The notes below the pieces were generated by a model. That model was not told the origin of the DNA. It did no database searches and saw nothing but the letters and a program-made list of their open reading frames with translations. Made by a program: the position numbers and the translations under genes. From Octopus vulgaris (lineage: Eukaryota), in contig OX597820.1 of the NCBI GenBank assembly GCA_951406725.2, positions 32,302,001 to 32,366,000 on the forward strand: a stretch of 64,000 nt of DNA, read 5' to 3'. Shown piece after piece: positions 27,364-41,464 of the stretch; within the stretch, counting starts at the first letter, position 1; each line of letters begins with the position of its first letter.

Positions 27364-30300
27364 TCTAGTAATCTCAAGATTAATCAGCCGAAATTACTAC
27401 GATGATCCGGTTCTTGACTGAAGACTGAGGGTTTCGAATGTCCTGTCCGTGTTTATTGTGTCGTCTTCTAAGAGTTATACGTTCTTGTCCATGTTGTATT
27501 TTTCTACATACCTTAACATATATTCCAGGCGCCCCGTACCCCCCTTAACATTTATGTGAGCACATATTCTTAATAATTGGTACGACTCTCTGTTTGTCTC
27601 TCTCTCTCTCTCATTTTTACTTGATCTGTCCCCCTCTCTCTCTTTTCTCTCTACTCATCCTCTTTTTCTCTTCTCTTTCCTCTGATTCTTTGGTCTAGTC
27701 TTCCACTACCCTCCTATTTCTTTGTCTCGCTCTGCACTCACAGGTCATTCTTCGACACCCATCCCTTCTCCTCTCTGATTCCTTCTTTCTCTCTCTTCTC
27801 TCTCTTTGTTGCGTTTGTCCCTCCTCTCTCTCTCTCCTCTCTCTCTCTCTTCCTTTGCTTCTCTTTCTTTTCTTTTCCCTCTTCTCTGTCACGTGACTGT
27901 TGGCCGAAATCTGCCTTTCAGCTTCTGACCCTTGTCTTGTTAACATCGCTGTTTTCGTCCGCCACTATAAAGGCTTTTTCCATTGCGCCAGAGAAAAAAT
28001 TTGTTTGCTTGTTATCAGTCGTAAGACACTGTTGTTTTCACCGTTAATGCTTCTGTATTTCATGTTTCTGTATTCCATTATTGTTTTTTGTTTTTTTATA
28101 TCTGTCCCTTTTGCTGTCCTGGTGTTCGTATGCATTCGATCCTTCTTCCAGGAAATCTACGCTTCCAGCTTAGTTTTTCTAATGCTCGTTGCTTGGTTTT
28201 TCTTGGAGGGCTGGCCGTGATCTAGTAATCTCAAGATTAATCAGCCGAAATTACTACGATGATCCGGTTCTTGACTGAAGACTGAGGGTTTCGAATGTCC
28301 TGTCCGTGTTTATTGTGTCGTCTTCTAAGAGTTATACGTTCTTGTCCATGTTGTATTTTTCTACATACCTTAACATATATTCCAGGCGCCCCGTACCCCC
28401 TTAACATTTATGTGAGCACATATTCTTAATAATTGGTACGACTCTCTGTTTGTCTCTCTCTCTCTCTCATTTTTACTTGATCTGTCCCCCTCTCTCTCTC
28501 TTTTCTCTCTACTCATCCTCTTTTTCTCTTCTCTTTCCTCTGATTCTTTGGTCTAGTCTTCCACTACCCTCCTATTTCTTTGTCTCGCTCTGCACTCACA
28601 GGTCATTCTTCGACACCCATCCCTTCTCCTCTCTGATTCCTTCTTTTCTCTCTTCTCTCTCTTTGTTGCGTTTGTCCCTCCTCTCTCTCTCTCTCTCTCT
28701 CTCTTCCTTTGCTTCTCTTTCTTTTCTTTTCCCTCTTCTCTGTCACGTGACTGTTGGCCGAAATCTGCCTTTCAGCTTCTGACCCTTGTCTTGTTAACAT
28801 CGCTGTTTTCGTCCGCCACTATAAAGGCTTTTTCCATTGCGCCAGAGAAAAATTTGTTTGCTTGTTATCAGTCGTAAGACACTGTTGTTTTCACCGTTAA
28901 TGCTTCTGTATTTCATGTTTCTGTATTCCATTATTGTTTTTTGTTTTTTTATATCTGTCCCTTTTGCTGTCCTGGTGTTCGTATGCATTCGATCCTTCTT
29001 CCAGGAAATCTACGCTTCCAGCTTAGTTTTTCTAATGCTCGTTGCTTGGTTTTTCTTGGAGGGCTGGCCGTGATCTAGTAATCTCAAGATTAATCAGCCG
29101 AAATTACTACGATGATCCGGTTCTTGACTGAAGACTGAGGGTTTCGAATGTCCTGTCCGTGTTTATTGTGTCGTCTTCTAAGAGTTATACGTTCTTGTCC
29201 ATGTTGTATTTTTCTACATACCTTAACATATATTCCAGGCGCCCCGTACCCCCCTTAACATTTATGTGAGCACATATTCTTAATAATTGGTACGACTCTC
29301 TGTTTGTCTCTCTCTCTCTCTCATTTTTACTTGATCTGTCCCCCTCTCTCTCTCTTTTCTCTCTACTCATCCTCTTTTTCTCTTCTCTTTCCTCTGATTC
29401 TTTGGTCTAGTCTTCCACTACCCTCCTATTTCTTTGTCTCGCTCTGCACTCACAGGTCATTCTTCGACACCCATCCCTTCTCCTCTCTGATTCCTTCTTT
29501 CTCTCTCTTCTCTCTCTTTGTTGCGTTTGTCCCTCCTCTCTCTCTCTCTCTCTCTCTCTCTTCCTTTGCTTCTCTTTCTTTTCTTTTCCCTCTTCTCTGT
29601 CACGTGACTGTTGGCCGAAATCTGCCTTTCAGCTTCTGACCCTTGTCTTGTTAACATCGCTGTTTTCGTCCGCCACTATAAAGGCTTTTTCCATTGCGCC
29701 AGAGAAAAAATTTGTTTGCTTGTTATCAGTCGTAAGACACTGTTGTTTTCACCGTTAATGCTTCTGTATTTCATGTTTCTGTATTCCATTATTGTTTTTT
29801 GTTTTTTTATATCTGTCCCTTTTGCTGTCCTGGTGTTCGTATGCATTCGATCCTTCTTCCAGGAAATCTACGCTTCCAGCTTAGTTTTTCTAATGCTCGT
29901 TGCTTGGTTTTTCTTGGAGGGCTGGCCGTGATCTAGTAATCTCAAGATTAATCAGCCGAAATTACTACGATGATCCGGTTCTTGACTGAAGACTGAGGGT
30001 TTCGAATGTCCTGTCCGTGTTTATTGTGTCGTCTTCTAAGAGTTATACGTTCTTGTCCATGTTGTATTTTTCTACATACCTTAACATATATTCCAGGCGC
30101 CCCGTACCCCCCTTAACATTTATGTGAGCACATATTCTTAATAATTGGTACGACTCTCTGTTTGTCTCTCTCTCTCTCTCATTTTTACTTGATCTGTCCC
30201 CCTCTCTCTCTCTTTTCTCTCTACTCATCCTCTTTTTCTCTTCTCTTTCCTCTGATTCTTTGGTCTAGTCTTCCACTACCCTCCTATTTCTTTGTCTCGC

Positions 30301-30939
30301 TCTGCACTCACAGGTCATTCTTCGACACCCATCCCTTCTCCTCTCTGATTCCTTCTTTCTCTCTCTTCTCTCTCTTTGTTGCGTTTGTCCCTCCTCTCTC
30401 TCTCTCCTCTCTCTCTCTCTTCCTTTGCTTCTCTTTCTTTTCTTTTCCCTCTTCTCTGTCACGTGACTGTTGGCCGAAATCTGCCTTTCAGCTTCTGACC
30501 CTTGTCTTGTTAACATCGCTGTTTTCGTCCGCCACTATAAAGGCTTTTTCCATTGCGCCAGAGAAAAAATTTGTTTGCTTGTTATCAGTCGTAAGACACT
30601 GTTGTTTTCACCGTTAATGCTTCTGTATTTCATGTTTCTGTATTCCATTATTGTTTTTTGTTTTTTTATATCTGTCCCTTTTGCTGTCCTGGTGTTCGTA
30701 TGCATTCGATCCTTCTTCCAGGAAATCTACGCTTCCAGCTTAGTTTTTCTAATGCTCGTTGCTTGGTTTTTCTTGGAGGGCTGGCCGTGATCTAGTAATC
30801 TCAAGATTAATCAGCCGAAATTACTACGATGATCCGGTTCTTGACTGAAGACTGAGGGTTTCGAATGTCCTGTCCGTGTTTATTGTGTCGTCTTCTAAGA
30901 GTTATACGTTCTTGTCCATGTTGTATTTTTCTACATACC

Positions 30940-30943
<4 letters not shown>
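27364..30943 (+). repeat. Tandem array of ~857-bp non-coding unit, 4.2 copies, in (TA)n
   Basis: Units start at 27364, 28221, 29074, 29932 and 30791 (last is partial, 153 bp). Visible differences are essentially homopolymer/(TC)n length changes. Confidence 0.97.
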
Positions 30944-30982
<39 letters not shown>

Positions 30983-31334
30983 ATATATAAATATATGTAA
31001 GTATACAGACATGTATCTGTGTATACATGCATATGTCTGTCTGTCTGTCTGTCTATCTGTCTCTCTATCTATCTTGTAAGGATCACCCACCATAAGCTCA
31101 TATGGCCGTTTTTCCGGATTCTGTGGCATGTGTCGAGTCTAGATTAGACCTATATCTCACACTAAATTGCAGAAAAGGCGTCCAATATTAGGTAATAGTA
31201 AAGGAAAATATTATGGCACTTAATATGCACCTACCCTCCTTATTCGCTCGACTTTTCTCCATCTCAATATCATCTCTTTGAAACGTTATTTCGAAACATT
31301 ATTTAAAGGGAAACAGTCTACAAATTGTGAATAA

Positions 31335-31882
31335 GGTCTTCATCCACATAGGGTGTTGTTATGCGTTTAGTGGGATATGAAAGGTTTAGTCCACTTTGAA
31401 CTTTTAAACCCCAACCAAACGATAACAAAAGGAGATCTACTGCGAGCAGCTTGAGCAGCTTAAGTCAGAGCTGGAAGAAAAACGACCGTCGAAAGGTGTT
31501 CTTCCCTCAGGATTATGCTCGGCTACATACACTGAGGATGACATTCCAAAGGCTGAAGCAGTTTGAATGGCAAACGATTCCCCACTCACCATAGCCGCCA
31601 GACATTGCCCCATCTGATTATCATTTATTCCACAGTCTTCGAAATCATTTGGACGGGAAAAATATGAATTCTGTTGATGAAGTCAGAACAGTACTTGAGG
31701 AATAGTTTTCGTCACGGACAAGTGAATTTTGGGAGAGGGACGTTGCAAGTCTACTAGGTAGATGGAAGAGCATTGTAGAAAATGAAGGAGAGTATATCTT
31801 GGATTAAAAAAGAACTTAGTATATCTTAATTTTGAAAAATAAAAGTATAAAAAAACCGTATTATTTAAGGGATGACCCAATA
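31335..31882 (+). pseudogene. Mariner transposase 3' half with right TIR
   Basis: WDMKGLVHFELL...YCEQL...QDYARLH...HSP*PPDIAPSDYHLFHSL; terminus ...gggatgacccaaTA. Confidence 0.85.
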
Positions 31883-31896
31883 TATATATATATAGT

Positions 31897-32262
31897 GGAG
31901 GCTCAATGGCCCAGTAGTTAGGGTAGCGGTAGTAGGGTCGCGGTTTCGATTTCCAGGCCGGGCATTGTGAGTGTTTACTGAGCGAAAACATCTAAAGCTC
32001 CACGAGACTCCAGCAGGGGTAGTGGCGAACCCTGCTGTACTCTTTCACCACAACTTCCACTCACTCTTTCTTCCTGTTTCTTCCTGTATTTCAAAGGGCC
32101 AGCATTGTCACACTCTGTATCACGCTGAATCTCCCCGAGAACTATGTTAAGGCTACACGTGTCTGTAGCGTGCTCAACCACTTGCACGATAATTTCACGA
32201 GCAGGCTGTTCCGTTGATCGGATCAACTGGAATCCTTGTCGTCGTAACCGACGGAGTGCCAC
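31897..32262 (+). mobile_element. SINE family C (tRNA head)
   Basis: ggaggctcaatggcccagtagttaggg...ggtttcgatttcc head. Inverted relative at 34380-34685. Confidence 0.75.
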
Positions 32263-32269
32263 TAAATAT

Positions 32270-32500
32270 ATGTGTGTGTGTGTGTCTATATGTCTGTGTG
32301 TCACCTATCACCGCTCAACAACTGGTGTTGGTTTATATGCGTCCTTGTAACCTAGCGGTTTCGTCAAAAGAAGCCGATGGAATATGATTGAGTCTAACAA
32401 AAAAAAAGTACTGGTATCGATTCGTATGGCTAAAATTCTTCGACGCGTTGCCCCAGCATGACCGCCGTCTAATGACTGAAACAAGTAAAAGATAAAGGAA
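32270..32500 (+). mobile_element. SINE family A, diverged 3' half
   Basis: Matches the family A tail (ccagcatgaccgccgtctaatgactgaaacaagtaaaaga). Confidence 0.75.
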
Positions 32501-32505
32501 ATAAG

Positions 32506-32629
<124 letters not shown>

Positions 32630-32759
32630 ACCTACCTACCTACCTACCTACCTACCTACCTACCTACATACATACATACATACATACATACCTACTTACC
32701 TACCTACTTACCTACCTACCTACCTACCTACCTACCTACCTACCTACCTACCTACCTAC

Positions 32760-32816
<57 letters not shown>

Positions 32817-33443
32817 AATCTTTCTACTTACGCATTTCAACAATGAAGTATAATATATAAATATATGTAGTGTTTCATGGATTGTGTTGCTGTTGTTGCT
32901 GTTGCGGTTGTTGATGTTGTTGCTGTTGATGTTGTTGTGGCGTAACTCCTGATAATGATGATTGTGACGATGATGATGATGACGACAATAGCAATGATGA
33001 CGACGACGAGGAGGAGGACAATGGCGGCAGCGACGACAAAAATCAAGTCGATCACAATGATGATGATGATGACGACGACGACGATGATGACGATGATGAT
33101 GATAATAATAATGAGTGACCACCACCATCTATACGGTAAATGTAATACAAAGTAAACAAGATCCAACTCGCCATATTGCTTGCTGTTTGCGCATGTTGGT
33201 TCGTTTACACGAGTGTGCGTATATTTATCAAGTAATGTAGATCTTTATACACACACACACACACACACACATACACACACACTCACACACATATATAGTA
33301 TTTATAAATATTTTATATATAACTTATATATGTAAACGTGTGTAAGTGTGTATGTTTGTATCTGTGTGTATATGTGTGTGTTTACGTATGTTTGTGTCTC
33401 AAAATCGACCAAACTGTATTTGTGTTAGCATGCGTGTACACGC

Positions 33444-33595
<152 letters not shown>

Positions 33596-33714
33596 CATTT
33601 ATTTATATGTACGTATGTATATATATATTAATAGATACATATGTACGTATATACTTACCATTCGTGTGCGTATAGTGTGTGTATGTGTGAGAGAGGAGGA
33701 AGAGAGAGAGAGAG

Positions 33715-33749
<35 letters not shown>

Positions 33750-33753
33750 ACGA

Positions 33754-33792
<39 letters not shown>

Positions 33793-33976
33793 GGAGAGAG
33801 AGAGGAAGGGAGACAGAAAGTGAGAGAGATTATATTATCATGGAAGAATACAAAATAAAACGAAAACAAAATGCATATAAAAAGGAAGAGCGGGAACTTG
33901 GAAAAGAAATGCAACGGGAGGGGAGAGAGAAAGAGAGAGAGACTAGGTGAGAGAGGTGAGGGGTAGAGAGAGCAAG

Positions 33977-34031
<55 letters not shown>

Positions 34032-34379
34032 TAGAGAGCATGAACAAGAGAAAGAAACCTCGAGCGAGAGAGACGAACGAACCACTATAATAATATATAT
34101 CTAGTATATATTAACCGACATTTTAACGTTGTTTGTTTATGTATGTGTGAATGTGTGTGCATATGTAAGTGTTTGCGTGCGAGTGTGTGTATGTGTGCGC
34201 GCGTGTGTGTGTGTGTAACTGCGTATGTGAACGTGTGTATACAAAGCCATTGTTGTCAGACAGACACTTTATAACTCGATTAATATCCTCGTTGAGCCTC
34301 TTGTTGTTGTTCTTGGTGATGTTGTTATTGTTGTTGCTGTTTAGACTTATATCTGCTTCTGAGAGAGTTTATTATTTTT

Positions 34380-34685
34380 TTTTTATTTACGCACCCTTTT
34401 CAAGCCTAGCCAGGCTCATTGGCCCGGTTTCCCGGTTTCTATGGCGTATGTGTTCCCCCCAGCTGGACGGGACGCCAGTCCATCGCAGCGTTACTCAAGA
34501 AACAGGAAGAGAGAGTGAGAGAAAGTTGAGGCGAAAGAGTACAACAGGGGTGTCCACCACCCCCTGCCGGAGCCTCGTGGGGTTTTAGGTGTTTTCGCTA
34601 AAAAAAAAACGCCCGGTCTGGTAATCGAAACCGTGATCCTCCGACCGTGAGTCCGCTGCCCTAACCACTGGGCCATTGCACCTCA
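34380..34685 (-). mobile_element. SINE family C
   Basis: Reverse complement of the 31897 head; A-rich tail. Confidence 0.75.
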
Positions 34686-35164
34686 ACATTTCTGAGAAAG
34701 AGAGAGTAGACTGTCTTATAATCTAAAAATGTTTTCCAGCCGTGAGCATCCCCTTTGAAACAAATTGCATTATTCAATCCCAATATACGCTTTTTATCTT
34801 AAATTTTTAAGGTGACAAACCGGATGTGACTTTAGATAGATTTGGCTGATATTTCTAGCCGATATTTTGCACGACTACGTAGAGCTCGTCCATCGCTGCA
34901 CAATCACAGAGAACAACTGAAAAGATCCTTTCTTTTTATCGTATGAATCTGTTGGCATCTGATTCTCTCACCGACAATACCCCCAATGCAAAATTTTAAT
35001 ATGGAATACATCTATAGGTTTTAGCAGTCACTGCAATTTCATAACACTGTCTTTTCCTATCATTTACTAATCTCTTATTTTCTGGTTCTTTTTTTTTATC
35101 ACATGAATCTGCTGGCATTTGAGTCTTTCACTGATGGTACTCACAATGCAAAACTTTACTATAC

Positions 35165-35386
35165 TCTTTACTCTTTTACTTGTTTCAGTCATTTGACTGC
35201 GGCCATGCTGGAGCACCACCTTTAGTCGAGCAAATCGACTCCAGGACTTATTCTTTGTAGGCCTAGTACTTATTCTATCGGTCTCTTTTGCCGAACCGCT
35301 AAGTTACGGGGACGTAAACACACCAGCATTGGTTTTCAAGCGATGTTGGGGGACAAACACAGACACACAAACACACACACACACAC

Positions 35387-35446
<60 letters not shown>

Positions 35447-35605
35447 GTATACATATATATATATATATACGACGGGCTTCTTTCAGTTTCCGTCTAACAA
35501 ATCCACTCACAAGAAGACACTTGCCCAAGGTGCCACACAGTGGGACTGAACCCGTAACCATGTGGTTGGTAAGCAAGCTACTTACTATACAGCCATTCCT
35601 GCGCC
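35165..35605 (-). mobile_element. SINE family A with CTATACT TSD
   Basis: Near full-length copy with ctatact on both flanks. It interrupts the second copy of a local duplication of about 34925-35060. Confidence 0.88.
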
Positions 35606-35799
35606 TATACTACGGAGAATATCTATAGGGTTTAGCCTTCACTGCAATTTCCCAAAATTGTCTTATCAAAGTAACTAACACTAAATACAGTTGGTTGGAG
35701 TTACATATTATAAATAAGATTTTCACAGAAAACATCTGATGTTATGGACGTGTCGTACACGACCACGAAACTTTTAGACATGTAGGAGTGAGTCAAATT

Positions 35800-35952
35800 G
35801 AGTGGCTATGTGGTAGGTAGCTTGCTTACCAACCACATGGTTCTGGGTTCAGTCCCACTGCGTAGCACCTTGGGCAAATATCTTCTTCTATAACCTAGGG
35901 CCGACCAAAGCCTTGTGATTGGATTTGGTAGACGGAAACTGAAAGAGGACAG

Positions 35953-36000
<48 letters not shown>

Positions 36001-36188
36001 GTATGTGTCTCTGTTTTTCCCCAACATCGCTTGATAACCGATGTTGGTACGTTTACATCCCCATAACTTAGCAATTCGACAAAAGTACTAAGCTTACAAA
36101 GAGTAAGTCCTGGGGTCAATTTGTTCGACTAAAGGTGGTACTCTAGCATGGGCGCAGTCAAATGACTGAAACAAATAAAAGAATGAAA
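35800..36188 (+). mobile_element. SINE family A
   Basis: Full-length copy with internal (CA)n. Confidence 0.88.
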
Positions 36189-36264
36189 AAGAATATACCG
36201 CGTGTGTACCGTTGGTGATTTTTTTCCTCCGTCTTCCCTTCTTTGGATCTTTCCTTTTCCTATA

Positions 36265-36297
36265 TTTCTGACGAAGAGTTCCGCTCGAAACGTTAAA
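36265..36297 (+). ncRNA. Minimal type I hammerhead (ACGT palindrome)
   Basis: TTT-CTGACGA-A-GAGT-tcc-GCTC-GAA-ACGT-T-AAA, in a ~210-bp element ending in (TA)n at about 36402. Confidence 0.8.
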
Positions 36298-36797
36298 CTC
36301 TCCTTCTTTCCGTCTTTCCTGAGCGTCCAATAATACTATACTTGTTCCACGTCCTCGCGTTGTGGTGTTTTCTCTTTGTGTTTTCATGTTTGGATTAACT
36401 TTATATATATATATATATATATATATCATATCTGTATGTACGCATATATATGTGCGTGTGTGAGTCTAACTGTGTGTGGGTGGGTGCACGTGCGCGTATG
36501 TGGGTGGGTGTACGTGCGCGTATGTGGGTATTTCATATGGTTGTTTATCAGTAATAGTAGGTTAAGATGCAAATATGCTCACACAGATCCACACACCGTA
36601 CACAAACACACACACACATACACACACACATACACACACACGCACACACACACACACATCTGTACATACTGTAAGTCGGAAACTTAGCACAACTGATCGA
36701 AGCAAATGAGCCAGCGATACGAGGAAAAGCCTTCAATTTGTCTTTCTCTCTGTTTCTCAGTCTCTGCCTGTCTGTCTCTCTTTCTCTCTCTCTCTCC

Positions 36798-36859
<62 letters not shown>

Positions 36860-37192
36860 ACGTGCGAGCGCGTGCACGCGTGTATGTGCTTGCATTCCAT
36901 GTTTGTAAATACCCCAAATCTCAAGGTCTTTTAATTGGAATCGTATAGCTGAAGTAGTGTAGGAGAGGAAAGAAAACTTAACAAAACACATAATATACAT
37001 TGTCAGGAGCTTAGATGGTACGAAGCAGAAAAGTTACGGTCAGGATATGTAAGTATGTCAAATAAACAACATGATATATATATAGCCGTTTTTGTCAACA
37101 AATGAGACAAAAAGTTACATTCAATAAAAATTAGTAGAGATGGTATAAGTATGTACATTACCTTTGTACGTATGCGCACACACATACACACA

Positions 37193-37270
<78 letters not shown>

Positions 37271-37384
37271 CATGCATAGATAGGTGCAGGACGTCACTAG
37301 TGGTGCAAAGAACATGAAATACGTAAACAACGAGAGAAAGCAATGGAAAACAGGACAAGTAAACACAGAGCGTTATATTCTTTT

Positions 37385-37840
37385 ATTCTTTTATTTGTTT
37401 TCAGTCATTTGACTGTGGCCATGCTGGAGCACCGCCTTAAAAGTATTTAGTCGGAGAAATCGACCCTAAGACTTATTTATTCTTTGTAACCTTAGTATTT
37501 ATTCTGTCGGTGTCTTTTGTCGAACCTCCAAGATACGGGGAGGTAAATACACCAGCGCCAGTTGTCAAGCAATGATGGGGAAAACTCACACACACAGAAT
37601 CGACACACACACAGACATCGACACACACACACAGACATCGACACACACACACAGACATCGACACACACTCACTTATATACGATGGGCTTCTTTCAGTTTC
37701 CGTCTACCAAATCCACTCACAAGACATTGGTCGGCCCGAGGTTATAGTAGAAGACACTTGCCGAAGGTACTACGAAGTGGGACTGAACCCGGGACCAAGT
37801 GGCTAGAAAGCAAACTTTTTACTACACAGCCACGCCCGAG
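37385..37840 (-). mobile_element. SINE family A with internal ~20-bp minisatellite
   Basis: Family A consensus with (acagacatcgacacacacac)n inside. Confidence 0.85.
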
Positions 37841-38246
37841 CCTATATATTCTTGAGTTACTTACAATGGCAATTGACAACAACACTATGCGATAATGTGA
37901 AATAGTCCCGGAAATCTTGAAATCTCCAAGGTTTATATTAGCATTAAAGAAGAGGAGATGGTTATTGTCTGGAGTTAAGCGGACAGTCTGGGACACATAC
38001 TTCCGCTTCAATAGGCGTCGTATGTACTACAGTTGTCCGACTTTACCTCCAAGGCTAAAGCACTTAGAATCATACAAAAACGAGTGGAATATATGTTTGA
38101 CCTTCGTTATTTGCATAACATTAATAAAAATGAAGGAGGGGAAATAATTCAGAAGGGCCAGGGTACGCATATGAATAATATAGACAAATACTTATAGACA
38201 TATATTCATAATTTATTAAAATTATATATATATATATCTTTGTTTC

Positions 38247-38324
<78 letters not shown>

Positions 38325-38429
38325 ATATAAGTGATCCATACATATCTTGCATCTATTTTCTTTCCTCCACCTCACTCTCTATTTTGTATCACATCTAAAC
38401 GAACTATAATTTAACCATCCTCTCACGCC

Positions 38430-38481
38430 GTCTCCGATGAAGGGATATAATTAATAAATATCCTGGAAACAGGTGTAGGAC
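38430..38481 (+). ncRNA. Type I hammerhead (U4C core; relative of 27071)
   Basis: GTCT-CCGATGA-a-GGGATAT-loop-ATATCCT-g-GAA-ACAGGTGT-A-GGAC. Confidence 0.72.
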
Positions 38482-38572
38482 CTTTTATCTATAAATGTTC
38501 TAATATCTACATAGCCACGGTTTTTTATCTCAGTACGCAAAGCGTTCTTATATATGTATATATGTATATATG

Positions 38573-38640
<68 letters not shown>

Positions 38641-38655
38641 TATACATATATATAC

Positions 38656-38718
<63 letters not shown>

Positions 38719-39240
38719 GATCGTTCGATGTCACCTGATCGAGCCGGTGTAGTGGGTGAGTTTTTTTCCCCCTAGCATTTCTAGATTTATAGGAAATATT
38801 ATATTGACAAGGAAATGAATTTTCGTCTATAATTAATCCAAATAGGCTGTGATTTCGTTATTTTCTTTCTCTTTGCCATATACGGGTTGCAAATTCTGTT
38901 TGTTTGTGGAGACTTTTTTTACTAGTAGGAGAAATGGTGACCTATTTGGCTGCCATTTCTCATATTTTCGGCATGTGGTTTTGAGCAACTTGTTGCAATT
39001 AACCCTTTATTATAATTAATATAATCCTTACCAAATATAGTCTTTTCCATACCGATAAAACTACTAGGTGAAATTTATTAATTTCATTAAATTACTTATA
39101 TTTCAACCTTTTTGTATATATATATATATATATATACCGGAGTAAACACATAAATGTGAAACAAGGTGGAAAAAAGAGTACTCAAATACTAGTGGTAGAG
39201 TAATATGCTTTATTTAAAGCAGCAGAAAATTCAACAAAAC

Positions 39241-39279
39241 CTGTTAATCTGAGTTTCCCGTTGCCGTTCATCGGATAGT
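39241..39279 (-). ncRNA. Degenerate hammerhead (family of 43001 and 41342)
   Basis: ACTAT-CCGATGA-ACG-gcaa-CGG-GAA-ACTCAGATT-A-ACAG. Confidence 0.55.
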
Positions 39280-39349
39280 TTTTGCTATATATATATATAT
39301 GGAATAAGTCAAGGTAGAAAATGCAAAAGTAATTTTATAAGAAACATTT

Positions 39350-39385
39350 CAGTACCGGTTCCAGTCATTGAGACTTTTTCAACTG
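39350..39385 (-). ncRNA. Minimal hammerhead (U3-A8; GAA mutated to GGA)
   Basis: CAG-TTGAAAA-AGTC-tcaat-GACT-GGA-ACCGGT-A-CTG; same family as 43229 and 43540. Confidence 0.65.
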
Positions 39386-40249
39386 TAAGCATGGAAACCA
39401 ATAAAATTTTGGAAAAGTTAAAAGAAAAGTTTTTTAAAAGAATATTTGCAAAGTATTCAAATACAAGGGGTATTTTCTTCGTTTCTCCGTTGTGAATTTT
39501 TGTCAGAGAAGAAGAAGAAGAAGACAGAAATATTTTTTTTATTCTCTGACGTGTAATCACAGGGATGTGAGTTCGATTTTCATGGCTGGCCGGTAACGTA
39601 TTTTTCTGCAATGTATGGATAATTTATCCTGTTCACGCTATTTTATTAGCATTTTCACGCGTCTGAGAATAAGAAATTTATGTCTGTCTCTTATATATAT
39701 ATCTGAGGAAAAACCATGCTCGAGATGTTATACAAGTATTCTTTATTCCATCTTATACTGACCGTCTAATACAGTCCATGGCTACGCCCTTTTTGACTGT
39801 CAGTGGAAGCGCGTGGCTCAATGATTGGGGTGTTATACTCATGCTCAAAAGATTGATCTATTCCTAGATCGGGAGACACATTGTATTCTTGAGCAAAATA
39901 CTACGTTTCACGTTGCTCCAGTCCGCTCAGCTGGTAAACAATGTGTAATCCTGCGACGGATCGGAGTCCCGTCCAGGCTGGGAATTTATACGTCATGGAG
40001 CCATGGAAACCGGCCCTAATGAATCGGCACGAGTCGAGGAGGAGGTTTTGTCCTTACTGTACCTTTTGACTTTTGTTGTTTGGTCATTTTTAATTTTCGA
40101 TTTGCCCCCCCCCCCCCCACATACCCCGCACACAAACACACGCGCACAAACACACACACACACACACACACACACAAGCTCACACACACACACACATACG
40201 CACGTACAAGCACACGCACAAGCACACACCCACACAGACAAATATACAT

Positions 40250-40490
40250 CATCATCATCATTGTTCGACTGTGGTCGAGACAATGGAATTTACCATGCTA
40301 CGCCAGACTTCACGGTCCATCATGGCATTACGGAGGTCCTGTTGCTGGATGCCTGTATCCCTGGAGATTACATCAGGGTAGGAGAGTGTGCGCCCTCTGG
40401 TATTGCGAGTAGATGGCTTCCAGAGGAGAAGAGTAGAAATTACTTCTTTTTCAGCTCTACAACAATGTCCAGCAAACTGGACTCTCCTAC
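40250..40490 (-). mobile_element. RTE-type LINE extreme 3' end
   Basis: QFAGHCCR...LLLWKP...RGRTLSYPDVISRDTG...LRNAMMDREVWR; (ATG)n tail. Confidence 0.8.
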
Positions 40491-41121
40491 CTTTCACAAG
40501 ACAAATACACACAAACACACAGAAACGAACACACACAAACACACACAAGCATATACATACGAGCACACACACACACATGTATGTATAACAACAAAAATAA
40601 GAATGGAGAAAAATCGCATCTATAATTGGTGACTGCACCATACTAAACCAGTGATCGATTCTGATGTACCAGCATAAATGCATAAAATGACAGAACTCAT
40701 CTGACTTTGAATAACTAATTTCGGATTGCCTTGATAACATCGTGTTAACGTATTAATTTGACTGATATTTTAGACCTTCTCCTATATCTAAATATGCGAG
40801 CGCAAGAGAAACAATCACCGGTAATGTATGGTATCATCACAAATAAAAGATGGGATTTTCTCCATTCTTATTCTTGTTGTCTAATTGTCCGAAATTCTTG
40901 AAATTCTTTTAAATGATATTCGGATTTACTTGTCATACATGGAGAATTACTGTGGATGTTTATTCGACTTAACGCTTATTGCTATCTGGCAGTTGGATAT
41001 AATTCGTTTAACAGTGAGCGCTTTATAGATATCTGGCTGGATTTATTAATCCCTTTTACTTCTTGCATATGTCTATATATCAGAGTGTGTGTATATGTGT
41101 GTATATCTATCCACCCATCCC

Positions 41122-41205
<84 letters not shown>

Positions 41206-41231
41206 CACACACACACATATATATATATGTA

Positions 41232-41271
<40 letters not shown>

Positions 41272-41341
41272 GGAGTAAACACATAAATGTGAAACAAGGT
41301 GGAAAAAAGAGTACTCAAATACCAGTGGTAGAGTAATATGC

Positions 41342-41464
41342 TTTATTTTAAGCAGCAGAAAATTCAACAAAATCTGTTACTCTGAGTTTCTCGTTGCCGT
41401 TCATCATGAACGGCAACGAGAAACTCAGAGTAACAGATTTTGCTGAATTTTCTGCTGCTTAAAA

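Noticed and set aside
27900-28220. Repeated 106-aa hydrophobic ORF in the tandem units
   Set aside because: Arises from T-rich composition, uses a non-ATG start and is frameshifted in unit 2; no homology recognised.
27364-30943. CRISPR or rDNA interpretation of the tandem array
   Set aside because: No unique spacers and no rRNA/snRNA similarity seen; eukaryotic context.
39700-39732. TAT-CTGAGGA-A-aaac-cat-gctc-GAG-ATGT-T-ATA
   Set aside because: Stem II is broken and GAA is mutated; at best a dead copy.
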